Source: Caecitellus pseudoparvulus
Lineage: Eukaryota > Protista > Bigyra: Bicosoecida
Length of the DNA stretch: 64,000 nucleotides
Direction of reading: 5' to 3'
Assembly: GCA_965644315.1 (NCBI GenBank)
Contig: CBFFRQ010000018.1
Location: 1,116,001 to 1,180,000, forward strand
This document shows, piece by piece, positions 44,933 to 57,648 of this stretch. Position 1 is the first letter of the stretch, and every line of letters starts with the position of its first letter. The notes beneath the pieces are model-generated. The model made no database searches. It had not been told where the DNA came from and saw only the letters and a list, made by a program, of their open reading frames with translations. Both the position numbers and the translations under genes were made by a program.

Positions 44933-45939
44933 ATGGAGAGCCTGGTGCTCCCACGTGCCCCGGGGGCGTCTGGCCTGACGCCGCGGGCGGACGGCGTGCA
45001 GGCAGGGCAGCGCCTCGTCAACACGCCACTGCGCTTCACGGAGCCCACTGCTGCAGCGTCGTGGAAAGGCGTCGAGACAAGCTGCGTCCCGGGGGTGCAG
45101 CGGTCAAAGTGCAGTGCTGACATGCCAGCCTTCATGCAAGTCCCCGAGGTGAGGGTGGGCTGGTTGCGCAGCATGGGCGTTTCAAGCGTTGACCCGCCAG
45201 CAAATGCACTCCCTCCCACTGCTGGGCTGCCGCGCAGGTACAACGATACCAAGGCCGCAACAGGCCACAATGGGATTGGATTACTCGCAAGCCGCGCTTT
45301 CATCGCACTGCGTGCATGGAAGACACTGCCACGTCGGTGGACGCGCCTGCCTGGTTCACGAACCCATACATGGTGGAGCGCCGCATGCAAGCGCCTGCGC
45401 ACAAAGTGCTGCGGCACAGCCACGGCGTCATGCTGGCACTGCAAGAAGACGGCATTGATTGGGAGGTGCAGGGCGCTCAGCACGACAAGCCGGAGCTGGG
45501 CTGCACCATGACACACAATCGCCAGTATGGCCCTGGCCGGCACCAAACCAGCCGCCCCCGGCCCCCGCACCGCCGGCGCACCAGCCTGCACAAGCTGTCA
45601 TCGTCCGCCATTGGGCCTTTGGAGCCTCTTGAAACTCGGCGAAGCGCCACTGCTCCAGCACACGCCACACGTGGCTTCCCAGGGGAGACCCCGCGTCAGA
45701 GTCTGCGCACGCCACACCCCGCGCTTCCCCGCGCCACGGCATCAAACGCGAAGCGCACACGACACCCAGCACGACGCCAGAGGGAGCCTTCTCTGGGCCT
45801 CCGCGACACCAGGGGGCTGGAGACCTCGCAGTTTGCAAGGCTGGACTGCACCGTCGCACACATCACAGCCCTCGCCAGTGCTCGCAGCAGTCGCCAAGGG
45901 CTCCCGCCCAGTCAGCGCCAGCGTCGGCGGGGGAGGTGA
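44933..45939 (+). CDS. Hypothetical protein. Exons 44933-45148 and 45238-45939
   Basis: A phase-0 intron GTGAGG(45149)..GCAG(45237) joins ORFs 44813-45511 and 45316-45939 and fills the gap between HYPK and PSMB6. No recognised domain. Confidence 0.5.
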
Positions 45940-45963
45940 CTGGGCCATCGCGTGCATTCAAGT

Positions 45964-46951
45964 TTAGTGGGCGGCACCCCCGCCGGCTGCCGTGGCGGCC
46001 TTGGCAGCCGCGGGCGCAAAGCCCTCCACGTGCTTGGGCACGTCAGCGCCACCGCCCTCTGCGTTGATCATGAAGGGCAGGGCATCCCCAGCTGTGAACT
46101 GGCGGTCCACGCCGTCCTCGTCGATGACGACGATGCGCGCCACGCCACCGGACGAGCCGTCACGGGCCATGGCGTGAGACAAGGACGACCGCACGAACGC
46201 AATGCACTCCTCCTTCGTCATGCCCTTGCGGTAGGTAGCATCCACAAGGCCGTAGATGAACGTGCTGCCACTGCCGCCGATGGCGAAGTCCTGCTCCACG
46301 CTGGTGCCGCCAAGAGGGATGCTGTACACCTGTCCACCCCGCACCTTGTCCCACCCTGCGCAGATGATGCCTGCCATCAGCTTGTCCTTGTGCTCGTAGC
46401 AGATCTGCTTGAACAAGTTAGCAGCTGTCTTCACCGTGGGCAGCGAACCCTTGTCCATTCTGCAAAAGGGAGGGCGCAAGCACCGCTGCGAGCTGCGTCG
46501 TGGCTGCCAGGCGTGAAACGCCAGCACGCACGCATGCTCCGCCAGGAATCGGCGCACGTAGTCCGACACGGCTTGTGTGTCGGCTGCTGAGCCAGACCTG
46601 CAGCAGTAGATCCGGTCGTGGACAGCAGTCAGCTTGTCTGACACACGGTTGGCCACGTAGATGCCTGCAGGAGGGCGCACAAAGCAGGCCGGGTGACTGA
46701 CAAACCCCGCGAAACGCCAACCGCACCACGCCGCCGCCACGCTGCCCCACGACGCACCAGTGGATGTGCGGGAATCCGCGCCCAACACGACTCCGCCGTC
46801 ATAGCGGACTGCCATGATGGTGGTCTGCGGGAAAGAGGCGCTGGAGTGCACGCTGGCTGGACGCTGCCGACGGATGCCCAGGCTCACGCACGCCTGTGGA
46901 CACAGCCTGTGAAGTGCCGCTTGCCGCGGCGGCGTCGATGGAGGAGTCCAT
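45964..46951 (-). CDS. PSMB6: 20S proteasome catalytic subunit beta1 (PSMB6/PRE3), three introns
   Basis: VSTG|[64 protein letters not shown]. Confidence 0.96.
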
Positions 46952-47125
46952 GGCGGGGAAACCCAATGAACAAATCCCACACGACTCAAGGTCACTATCA
47001 GCAAAGCCTGCTCCAAGCGCGTCCCTGGCGTTGGTGGTGGTTGTGAATTGACGCGGACGTCCCTGCCGCAAGGCCACGCACTGCCTCGGGCAACGCGGTG
47101 AAAGGGAGCGCAAAGTGGCACAGCC

Positions 47126-48606
47126 TCACTCTGCAGGCGGACGCCACACTGCGTCTGGTGCCAGGAACTGCGCCTCGTGGGCAGAGCGGGCTGCAGACAG
47201 GTCAGCCGCCGGCGGCGAGCGTGGCACTGCCTCCCCCAGCAACCCACCTAGCCCTGCCACTGCATCCTGCACGCGCTGCCGGGCAGCATCCTGCACCAGG
47301 GGCTGCCGGTGGAGTCCGACTGCATCCACTGCTCCGCGCTGCGCCATGGCCACGCCCTCCACACCCTCCTCCAGCCCCACGCCACTCCCGTCCGCTCGCT
47401 TGGTCATGGCCACGTGCAAGTACAGGTGTACCCTGCGCTGGAAGATGCCCTCCAGCGCCCTGCAGGCCGCCCGTGAAATGGCAGACAGTGTCGCTGCGCG
47501 CCGGCCCAGGAGCATGTTCACGTGGGCTCGACGAGGCACGAGGATGTCCTGGTGGATGACCAGCTCCCCCTTCCGCGTGACTCGCCAGCCACGGTTCACC
47601 TGCTGCGCCTGGTAGGGCACCTCCTGATGCAAGTTGCGGAAGAGGGCTTCCCGGATCGCCTCCGTCACGCGTGCCAAGTTCGTGCGGTCGGAGTGTATGC
47701 CGGAGGGGTACCGCCACTCGCCCGGCGCAGCCACTAATGCAAGGGCTGACCGGAGGCGTAGCACGCCATCACCGTGCCAGGCTGACGTGCAGTGCAGGGG
47801 AGGGGGGTCGGCCCTGGCCAGGCCGTCTGGGGGCAGCAGCCCTGCCTCCATCGCAGCGGCCTCGAACGCGTCCGCCACGGCGTCCTGCTTGGCCATGAGC
47901 AGTTCCCTGCACTTGGCACGCCTGTCCCGCTCTGCACGCCCCGACAGGCCACGCCAGTTGTGGGCGCCGGTGAGCAGGTCAGCCTTGTTCAGGGCCAGGA
48001 AGAAGTGCGCCTTGCGGGAAGCTGCCGTGTCGGCGACACGCCGAATCAAGTCCCTGTCGGACTGGGTGAAGCGTTTCGCGATGTCTTGCACAAGCAGCAG
48101 CACGTCTGCCTGGCGTAGCGCAGACTCTGCCTCTGTGATGAGCTTGCGCTCGTACCGTGCCCGATCTCTGCGCGGACAGTGAGGAAGCAGGGCCGTGGGC
48201 AGGGCTGCGGAGATCCAGAGCAGCCGGCGGCGAGACGCACGACGGGTTGACGAAGCCAGGGACATCATGGAACACCAGCTGGGTACCACCTTCACTCCAC
48301 AGACCGATGCACTCCCTTCTCGTTGTATTCGCCTTCTGGGACACAGCTGCCACCTGCGGGGAGGCAGCCCAGCAGCAGTGCTTGGTTCCTGCAAAACGCG
48401 CACGAAACGCAGGTTGGCCACCGCTCACGCACAGTGGAGCCAATCATGCGGTTCATGAGGGAGGACTTCCCTGCGTTGGGAGCTCCAATCAGCGCCACGT
48501 CTGCCGTAAGTCGCGCGCCTGAGCTCATGGCCCGCACGAAAGCCTGTGGTCCATGGGCAAGCGGCCGGCAGGCCCAGGCCGAAGCGAGGAGCTGTGCCGC
48601 CGCCAT
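47126..48606 (-). CDS. ERAL1: Era-family GTPase (ERAL1-like, mitochondrial), two introns
   Basis: G1 [11 protein letters not shown]2 KANTTR, G3 DVPG, G4 NKAD, G5 [11 protein letters not shown] region [17 protein letters not shown], presequence-like N-terminus. Confidence 0.88.
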
Positions 48607-48707
48607 ACCCCACGGGAAAGAAATTGGAGGGCGCAGAGACAGGCACGGATCAAAGTTCGGGCAAGGCGTGCATTCCTTCGCGAGGGGCGTGGGATTTTGC
48701 CGGGGCG

Positions 48708-50485
<1,778 letters not shown>

Positions 50486-50837
50486 GCTGCGCCTCCACGC
50501 CACGCAGGCTCCACACCAGGTTCAGCGAAAACACTGGCTTCGGAGTCGGTCGGGAGGGTTGAAAGGGTGTAGTTTAGTGTACTTGTGTTTAGTAAATTGA
50601 ACAACTGGACATTCGAAATGTGAATCGTGCTCATTCAAACTGTCGAGCAAGCACGTACAGAAACTGAAGCTAGACAGGAAGGCCAGTCGAACAAGCTCAA
50701 TAGTGTCCCTGCAACGGGGCTCACTTTCCAAGCGAGGGGGCACACCTTGTATCCGAATCTTAAATTCCAGAAGCCCCCCAGGTTGCATTCCCTGGCATTT
50801 TGTTGTGCTTGCTCTCCTGCTTCTGCTGGTAAGAGAC

Positions 50838-51350
50838 ATGGCCGAGTCTGTGGCAAGCCGCACGACCGTGGCGCGGGCGCCCCGATTGGGTGTCAGGACC
50901 AGCGAGTTCACGACGTTTACCTTCGATCCTGAGGTGCCAGACCACGTGAAAGCTGTCGCAGCTGGCTCCCTGGGCGAGGGTGCGGGGAATGCCTTCCTCT
51001 TGACTGCGAGCAACGCAGCGAAATCCGCACTGCAGCGCTTCGGCCCTGACCTGAAAGCCAGAAGAAAACACGTGCTCAGCAAACTGCGAGAGGCACTCCC
51101 TGCCAACTGCCACGTAGAGACAGGCTCTGAATCAACCAGCGGACGCCTCTCTGCGCAAGTTGTGCTGCCTGTTGAAGAGGAGTCCACTGCATGCAGGGTT
51201 CGGCTGCGCACGGCTGTGGCTCTGCGCGCACGAGCTGCGCTCGAAGAGGCGTCAAAGGAAGCTTGCATTCTCACCCCCACCCTGTCGTTCAAGACTGTGA
51301 GTGGCTCTACCTGCGACGAGGAAGCAGGTTCTGCACAGGCACAGGCGTGA
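50838..51350 (+). CDS. Hypothetical protein (~170 aa)
   Basis: ATG-initiated ORF with protein-like composition, filling the gap between katanin and TFIP11. No recognised domain; its 3' end overlaps the TFIP11 3' end by 44 bp. Confidence 0.4.
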   Translation: MAESVASRTTVARAPRLGVRTSEFTTFTFDPEVPDHVKAVAAGSLGEGAGNAFLLTASNAAKSALQRFGPDLKARRKHVLSKLREALPANCHVETGSESTSGRLSAQVVLPVEEESTACRVRLRTAVALRARAALEEASKEACILTPTLSFKTVSGSTCDEEAGSAQAQA

Positions 51351-54237
51351 ACGGCTTGCCAGGCCCTCCTTCCTTCCACACCACGCCGCCTCGCACGAGG
51401 ACGCTAATGTCCCCCAGCCGGTACACTGCAGCGCCGTCCACACGCTTGCCAGTGGGAACAAAAGGCAAGCCCAGTCCAGCAGCAGCATGCCCGATGGCGT
51501 CCAGCAGAGACACACGGTGCTCGTCCAAAGCTGGCGCCGCCTCGGGAGCACTTGGCTGACGGGAGGGTCGTGGAGCCTTGGCGCCCTCCTCCTCAACATG
51601 GCCTTCTGGCTGAGGGGCCAGGCTTCGCCCGTCAGACTGTACCAAGGCAACACGGGCTTGGGCCAAGGGCATGGTATCTGGGAGTGGTGGCAGCTGGGTT
51701 GCGGCTGCGCCTCCAGCCATCCGCGTGGAGGCGTGGTGCCCCAGCACACGCAGAGCCGTCTCCAGGACGTCTTGCACCACTGCAGCCTCGCGCAGCGGAG
51801 GGGGAAGGGCGGAGAACACCCCATCTACGCACTGCACTGCCGCTGACAAGCCAAGCTCCTGCGACGCGGTGGCGGCGTTAAGGTGCGCTAGCCAACGAGG
51901 CAGGAAAGCGCTGGCAAGCATTGCCACCAGCTCAGCATCTGGCAGAATCCCTTGCCAGGCTGCCAGCCAAGTCAGTGCTGGTGGGGGGTCGCGACGCACG
52001 CTGGCGCCCGCCTCCGCCAGGGCATCCACCAACCGTGGGGTGACGGTGCGTGCCAGCGACTTTTGCATGGTGGCGGGGGGGAGAACTGGCTGCAAGGCAG
52101 CAAACATGGCAGACGCCGACGCGTCAGAGGGATGCCAACCTTCCAACGCCCCCTCCAGTGCCTTGACGATGCCCGGCATGGCACTCGTCAGTGCAGGCGC
52201 GACCTCCGGCACACGGCTCCACGGCTGTAGCCAGGCGTGCAGCGGGATGGAGTCGCTGTCTGGGTTCCAGCTGCGAGCTGTGGACACCAGAATGGGGGCC
52301 ACATGGTGCACCAGCCAAGACTGCTGCGCGGCCTCTGAGAGGAGCGCGTGGGGAGGGGTCGCCCCCGCGCCCTGTAGAGCGGCCACTACCTCCAGCACTG
52401 GGCCGCTCTGCGTGCGCGGGTTCCAGGTGTCCGCCGCCACGCCTCTGCGAAGGAGGGGCCCCAGGGCAGCGTCAGTCACACTGTGCAGCATGCGAGTCAG
52501 CCGCTGCACATGTCGTGCAGCTGCCCCGCCATCTTCCTCGTGCGTCACGCCCTGCTGCAGCCCCGCTCCATCCACAGTGACCGCCACCCCCACCAGGCGC
52601 AGCCAGGGGCTTATTGCGGCGGTCAACGCTGCTGCAGCCCCCTCCGACACAGGGCTCCACTCCTCTGCAGCGAGAGCCTGCGGCAGGCAGTCTGACAGCA
52701 TGCCAGGCAACGCGCTGGACACGGACAGCTCCATGGCTTGCTTGGGGTGGGCGTGCATGAACTGCGCCACTGCGTCTGCGAAGGCTCGCACGCTGGGCAG
52801 CCCTTGGCGGGCTGGCGCGGCGGCTGCTTGCACAGCACCCCATGCTTCAGCAGCGCGCGCCACAGCACTTTCTTCCGCCTCCAGGCTCTCCACCGTGTCT
52901 TGCAAGGCCCGGATGTCCCCCCGCAGTTGGCCGACATTCGCCTGCGCAGCCCGCGCACGAGCACCCACCCGAGCCACGTCCCCAGCAGCAGCCTCCATGA
53001 CAAGGTCAAGGTTGTGCAGGAGCTCTTGGCCCAAGGCCATGGTCGCCATGAAGGAGCGCTGTGAGGCTGCCCCCATGCCGCCCGAGGCCGCCCTGCCTTC
53101 GCCGCCGTTCAGGTCACTGACGGCGCCGACGACGCGAGGCGCCCCACCCGCCGTCATGTCCACGACGAGGGTGGAGCCCCCTGTCGGGCCCGTGTCCGAC
53201 AGCACCTCTGCAGCAGTCTTGTACACTCGCTTCGGACGCTTTGGGGCGCGCGTGGCTGGTGCAGCGCCAGCCGCTGTCGCCGGCTCAGAGTCGGATGCCT
53301 GGTCTGGGGACTGTGCTCGCTCGCTGGCCTCCCGAGCGCGCTTCATGCCACCCAGCGGGTCGTTGTCCCGCAGCTCTTCAACGATAGCCTTATTCTGTTT
53401 CATGTGGGTCGCCTCCTTGAACCCTGCGGCGCCGAGGCCAAGCTTGGCCGGGCGGGCCTTCACGCCCACCGGTTGAGAGATGCCTTGCTCGCGCTTCCCC
53501 AGGCGTCCTTTGAAGCCAAATCGGCTCAAGTACTTCCCTGCAAAGCCACTGGAAAACTTGGTCCACGACCCAAAGTTACCCTGCACGGCAGCAGGCGCCG
53601 CTGACTGGCTGGGCGCTGAGCCCGGGCCCGCCCCAAGCCCAGCACGCTGGCTGGCACCCCCGAGACCTGGGCGGGTGGCTGGGCTCGGCGCCTGAGCCCT
53701 CGCCGCGCCTGATGCACCACGAGGCACCGAAAATGCAGGGAGTTGGCGCTCCAAGTCCTCATCGTCGGAGGAGTCTTCACCTGCCTCCTCGTCGGAGCTG
53801 CCACCGTGATGGCCAGGCTGCCTGGACGCGTGCACGACGCGAGGGGCGTCGCCAGCGGCACCAGAGCTGGAGACAAACGTCAGCCCTGCACGCGCTCCAG
53901 CCTTGGGCGGCGCCGGCGCTGGCTTGTCGCCGTCGCCAAACACGCCGTAAATGGCAGCGTCCTTGCCTTGTGCCTGGGGCCTGCGCCGCCTCCTTCGCGC
54001 GTAGAACTCCCCTTCCTCCCACACCCCATCCTCAAAGTCTGCACAGTGCGGGAAGGGAAGTGTATGGCACCTCAGCGCGGGGTGGCTCTGCAAGGGCCTG
54101 CTCGCACCTCGATCGGTCGTGAAAGCCATCCTGTGTGGAACGCACATGAAACGCTTGTCCTCGGCCCGCGCCGCTAGCACACGCGGCAGAGCAGCAGGTA
54201 CGCACCCCCTATCGCTGGCATCACTCTCTGAACTCAT
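51307..54237 (-). CDS. TFIP11: TFIP11/Ntr1/STIP spliceosome disassembly factor (G-patch + GCFC domain); probable short introns near the 5' end
   Basis: TIP_N DFEDGVWEEGEFY...AIYGVF, G-patch GFAGKYLSRFGFKGRLGKREQGISQPV..RPAKLGLG, ELLHNLDL, WNPDSDSIPLHAWLQPW, WHPSDASA. Confidence 0.92.
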   Translation of the reverse strand: MSSESDASDRGCVPAALPRVLAARAEDKRFMCVPHRMAFTTDRGASRPLQSHPALRCHTLPFPHCADFEDGVWEEGEFYARRRRRRPQAQGKDAAIYGVFGDGDKPAPAPPKAGARAGLTFVSSSGAAGDAPRVVHASRQPGHHGGSSDEEAGEDSSDDEDLERQLPAFSVPRGASGAARAQAPSPATRPGLGGASQRAGLGAGPGSAPSQSAAPAAVQGNFGSWTKFSSGFAGKYLSRFGFKGRLGKREQGISQPVGVKARPAKLGLGAAGFKEATHMKQNKAIVEELRDNDPLGGMKRAREASERAQSPDQASDSEPATAAGAAPATRAPKRPKRVYKTAAEVLSDTGPTGGSTLVVDMTAGGAPRVVGAVSDLNGGEGRAASGGMGAASQRSFMATMALGQELLHNLDLVMEAAAGDVARVGARARAAQANVGQLRGDIRALQDTVESLEAEESAVARAAEAWGAVQAAAAPARQGLPSVRAFADAVAQFMHAHPKQAMELSVSSALPGMLSDCLPQALAAEEWSPVSEGAAAALTAAISPWLRLVGVAVTVDGAGLQQGVTHEEDGGAAARHVQRLTRMLHSVTDAALGPLLRRGVAADTWNPRTQSGPVLEVVAALQGAGATPPHALLSEAAQQSWLVHHVAPILVSTARSWNPDSDSIPLHAWLQPWSRVPEVAPALTSAMPGIVKALEGALEGWHPSDASASAMFAALQPVLPPATMQKSLARTVTPRLVDALAEAGASVRRDPPPALTWLAAWQGILPDAELVAMLASAFLPRWLAHLNAATASQELGLSAAVQCVDGVFSALPPPLREAAVVQDVLETALRVLGHHASTRMAGGAAATQLPPLPDTMPLAQARVALVQSDGRSLAPQPEGHVEEEGAKAPRPSRQPSAPEAAPALDEHRVSLLDAIGHAAAGLGLPFVPTGKRVDGAAVYRLGDISVLVRGGVVWKEGGPGKPFTPVPVQNLLPRRR

Positions 54238-54683
54238 GATGATCCCAGATCACGATGTGCTTCCCAGCTACCACCCCACAGCGGCCGTCAGCAGTGATGG
54301 CCAAGCCCTGCTGGCTCAGCAGCACTTGCACGGGACCACTCCTCCTCGGCTGACCACAGGCGGCGCGACGGGCGTGACAGGGCACAAGCGCCAGGAAGTT
54401 TACGACTGAACTCGCCACACAAGAACAGTCTTTCCCAGCTCGTGCTCCCCCCCCGTGAGTTGGGTGGGTCTCTTGAGTTTGGCCCAGGCTTGACTTGTTT
54501 TTTAGGCCAGAGAGAGAGTGCCACTTCCCTCTCCTCAGCACATTTGTATTCACGCAAGATCAGGGCCCTGCACATGCGCCCTCGTCCCTCCTCGAATCCT
54601 CAGCTACTGGCTTTGCGTGGCTCGTGCACAGGCTCAGCAGAGCACGCACTGGCTCACGTCTCTCCACTTGGTCTGCTGCCGCC

Positions 54684-55660
54684 ATGGCCCTCGCAGCATG
54701 TCGAGCTGCAGCGCGCTGCCTCCAAACCCACTGCCACACGACCCCACATGTCCGTCAGTTTAGCAACAGCTTGATGGACATGGACATCAGCCCACAGGTG
54801 TGTTGGGGAGCGAGGTGCTTGCGGAAATTGGACGCCACCCACGTCACTTCTCGTTGGCTGCCCGTGTGTGCAGATGGATGCCTCCCAGACTGTGGTGGAC
54901 GGCTGGGACGATTACGGATACAAGGTCAACGGCATTTACATGCGCGGCAGTGTCTTGTGCTTCCCAAGCTTCACATTGCTGTGGGATGTGCAGCAGGTGA
55001 GCAAGCGACAGCGTGGCCTGGTGTCCTCCGCCTCTGCGGCAAGGCCTGCACGCGTGCATGCCCTCTCGCCTACGCACAGATCGCGGATGTCACACATGAG
55101 AGCCTTTCGCCTGTGCTCATGTTCGCCCCCCGAGTTCGTGAGTGGACGGGGTGGAAGCCTGTGCCTGAGTGCATCGCCGCAGCGCTCTCGACCTCCCACA
55201 ACCCCGCACAGGCGTGCTGCTCATCGGCACTGGGGAGGAGATGCAGAATGTGAACCCTCTGCTGTACGGGCACTTTTCCAAGCAGGGCGTGGCGGTGGAG
55301 CACATGTCCTCTGACAACGCCATGGCCACCTTCAACGTGCTGAACCAGGAGGGCCGCCCTGCCGCCGCAGCCCTGCTGTCTCGCAAGCCCCTCCCTCGGG
55401 ACGAAGCCTGCTTCTACGCCAATGGCTCAGCAGACATGGTGCAGGGCCTGGCGCAGCAGTCCCAGCGCAGCACCTACGACGTGTACGACGTCCCGGCAGC
55501 GTCCAAGGCGTGCCGGGGCGAGGACGTCGCGTCCGGGGCGCTGGAGGCTCGTCTGCGGGATGCGGGGGCGCTGGGCGGGGCGCCGACGCCAGAGTGGCTG
55601 CAGGGCGCCGCTGGGACGCCGCGTCCGCCCAGGGCCCACGAAGGGCGCGACGAGCGATGA
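54684..55660 (+). CDS. NDUFAF3: NDUFAF3 / Mth938-like complex I assembly factor, three introns
   Basis: VDGWDDYGYKVNGIYMRGSVLCFP..LLWDV, LLIGTG, VEHMSSDNAMATFNVLNQEGRPAAAALL, presequence-like N-terminus. Confidence 0.9.
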
Positions 55661-55686
55661 GGGACAAGCGCAGTGCATTACTTCTT

Positions 55687-56618
55687 CTAGAGGTTCTTGG
55701 AGGACACACTCAAGTTCAGGCGCCGCTTCTTGAAGGTCCTCTCGATGTGTTTCTTCATCGCGCCCACGGCCGGCGAGGAGTCGGGGACATTCAGCCAGAC
55801 CTCGATGCGCCAGCTCTGGGCATTCGCCTTGCTCTTGTCGCTGATGTTGGCGCCGTTGACGATGCTGGGCTCGTCTGAGATGGAGCCCCCCACGATCATC
55901 AGCAGCATCTCCTTCCACACCTCCATGGCGTCCTTCACGTCGTCCTTGCGACCTGTGGGGCCACGAGGGGGGGGACACTGTGGCACTGTTCACCCCAGGC
56001 ATCAGCTCAGGCAATGCACTCACGCAGCGCCATCCGCACATCCACACGGCTCTTGTTCACCTGCTCCCCAGCGGCATTCTTGAACTCGGTGAAGGGCTCG
56101 CAGCCCTTCCTGAACAGCAAGGCCTGCTTGACTTCGCTGCAGCGCAGTTGTCCTGGGTTCTTCTCATCTTCGCGGTGGATGACTGCAGCCTGGGTCTTGT
56201 CGTACCCAAAGTACTGCCTGTGGTTTGAGAGAGGCAGGGCACGGTTCAGCTACCAGCGAGTGCTTGAGGCAGGGCAGGGGGCAAGTGCGAAGCTTTAGAG
56301 GCACATGCAGCTGTCGAGAGAGCAGGCATGGAGCCTTGGCGGGCATGGAGACGCCCTGGCTCGTCGGCGCCGGCACAGGGGCCATGCTGGCGCAGCGCCA
56401 AGTTTGTGTGCGTGCGGAATTGGTGCTGCAAGCGTTCGCACTGACAGGGGTGTGGGCAGCAGGGTGAAGGCAGTCCAGAAGGCCTCAACAGTGTCCACTT
56501 CACAAAGCTGGAGGTGGCGCTCTTGCCACGGCTCTTTGTCCACATTCTTGGCGCGCTGCTCCCAGAAAACCCAGGTGTCGGCCAGGGCATGGTGAGTTGG
56601 GCCCTCGGCAGCAGCCAT
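55687..56618 (-). CDS. eIF4E-family protein, divergent, two introns
   Basis: HALADTWVFW, EPWQ, VDTVEAFW, LLFRKGCEP, EVWKEMLLMIVG, VNGANISDK, RIEVW. Confidence 0.85.
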
Positions 56619-57648
56619 GATTGGCGCTGTCTTGGGACAGGGGGGTGGTTGAAGGGCGCGTGTCGCCCTGATCTCTGAAAGGTGATGGGGAATTCGTCAG
56701 GACAGGAAGGGTATGATGATGGAGTATGGCTCCCTGCATGCTTTGCGCCTCCTGTTCGGGAGCCACACCGTGGCACGACATTGGTGGGTGTGGAGAGTTG
56801 CTGGCGCTGCAGCCGGCGACATGGAAGGGGTTGCACCGGGCCTGGCGGCTAGCGCGGCTGGGGCTTGCGTAGCCAGAGGTGGGTTCAGGCCAAGGCATGA
56901 CGGCCAGCACGGGGTCGGTTCCAGGGTGGCCATTTGCATCGGCTACTGCTCGGCGAGGCAGTCACGCCGTGCGAGAAAAACACAAACACTCCAACAAGCT
57001 GCAACTTTTTGACATTCACCCGTACGTACTGAACACCCCCACACCAAGCATGTGCTGCACCTGGCTCGGGGCTGGGGTGGATGCCACGCGTGTAGCAGGC
57101 AGTGCTGGCTGTTGTGCTGATGTGGCTTGACGCTTCGAACGTTGCGCTGGCCTTCGGCCTCTGCGGCGGCCTGCCTTGCATTTCACGCTTTCACCTGCAA
57201 TGAATCGCCTGCACAGACACAATCGATCAGGTTTCGCTTCTCTACACCGTGCACCATGTGCCGCAAGTGAGTTGAAGGTTCAGCTCAAGGCAATCAGCTG
57301 ATGGGGCAATTTCCGCAAGTCGCACACGCGTTTCTGGAATTGTACCCACTTCCCAATCGCAGAGTCACGTGCTCGACCTGTGGAAAGGCCACATGGGCAG
57401 GTGCGTCCCCAGGCGAGGTGCCATATCGGCTGTGGCGAGCTGCAGGACACGCTGTTTGGCTTGCCTTCACCCCGCAGGCTGTGGCGCCCACATCGACTCT
57501 GCCCTGGCGGGCGTTGCTGAGGGAGACCGCTGCGCTGGGTGGCGCACTGGGCACTGCCCACAGGCAGCCTCTGGCACTGCCTCTGCCGCACAGGGCTCTG
57601 GGTGTGTTGTCAGCGCAAAGTAATGCATTTGTTCTGCTGCAACGCACG

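Noticed and set aside
56620-57648. Gene or ncRNA in the ~1 kb gap between eIF4E and the IP3R-like gene
   Set aside because: Only short ORFs without motifs, and no recognisable tRNA or snRNA structure.
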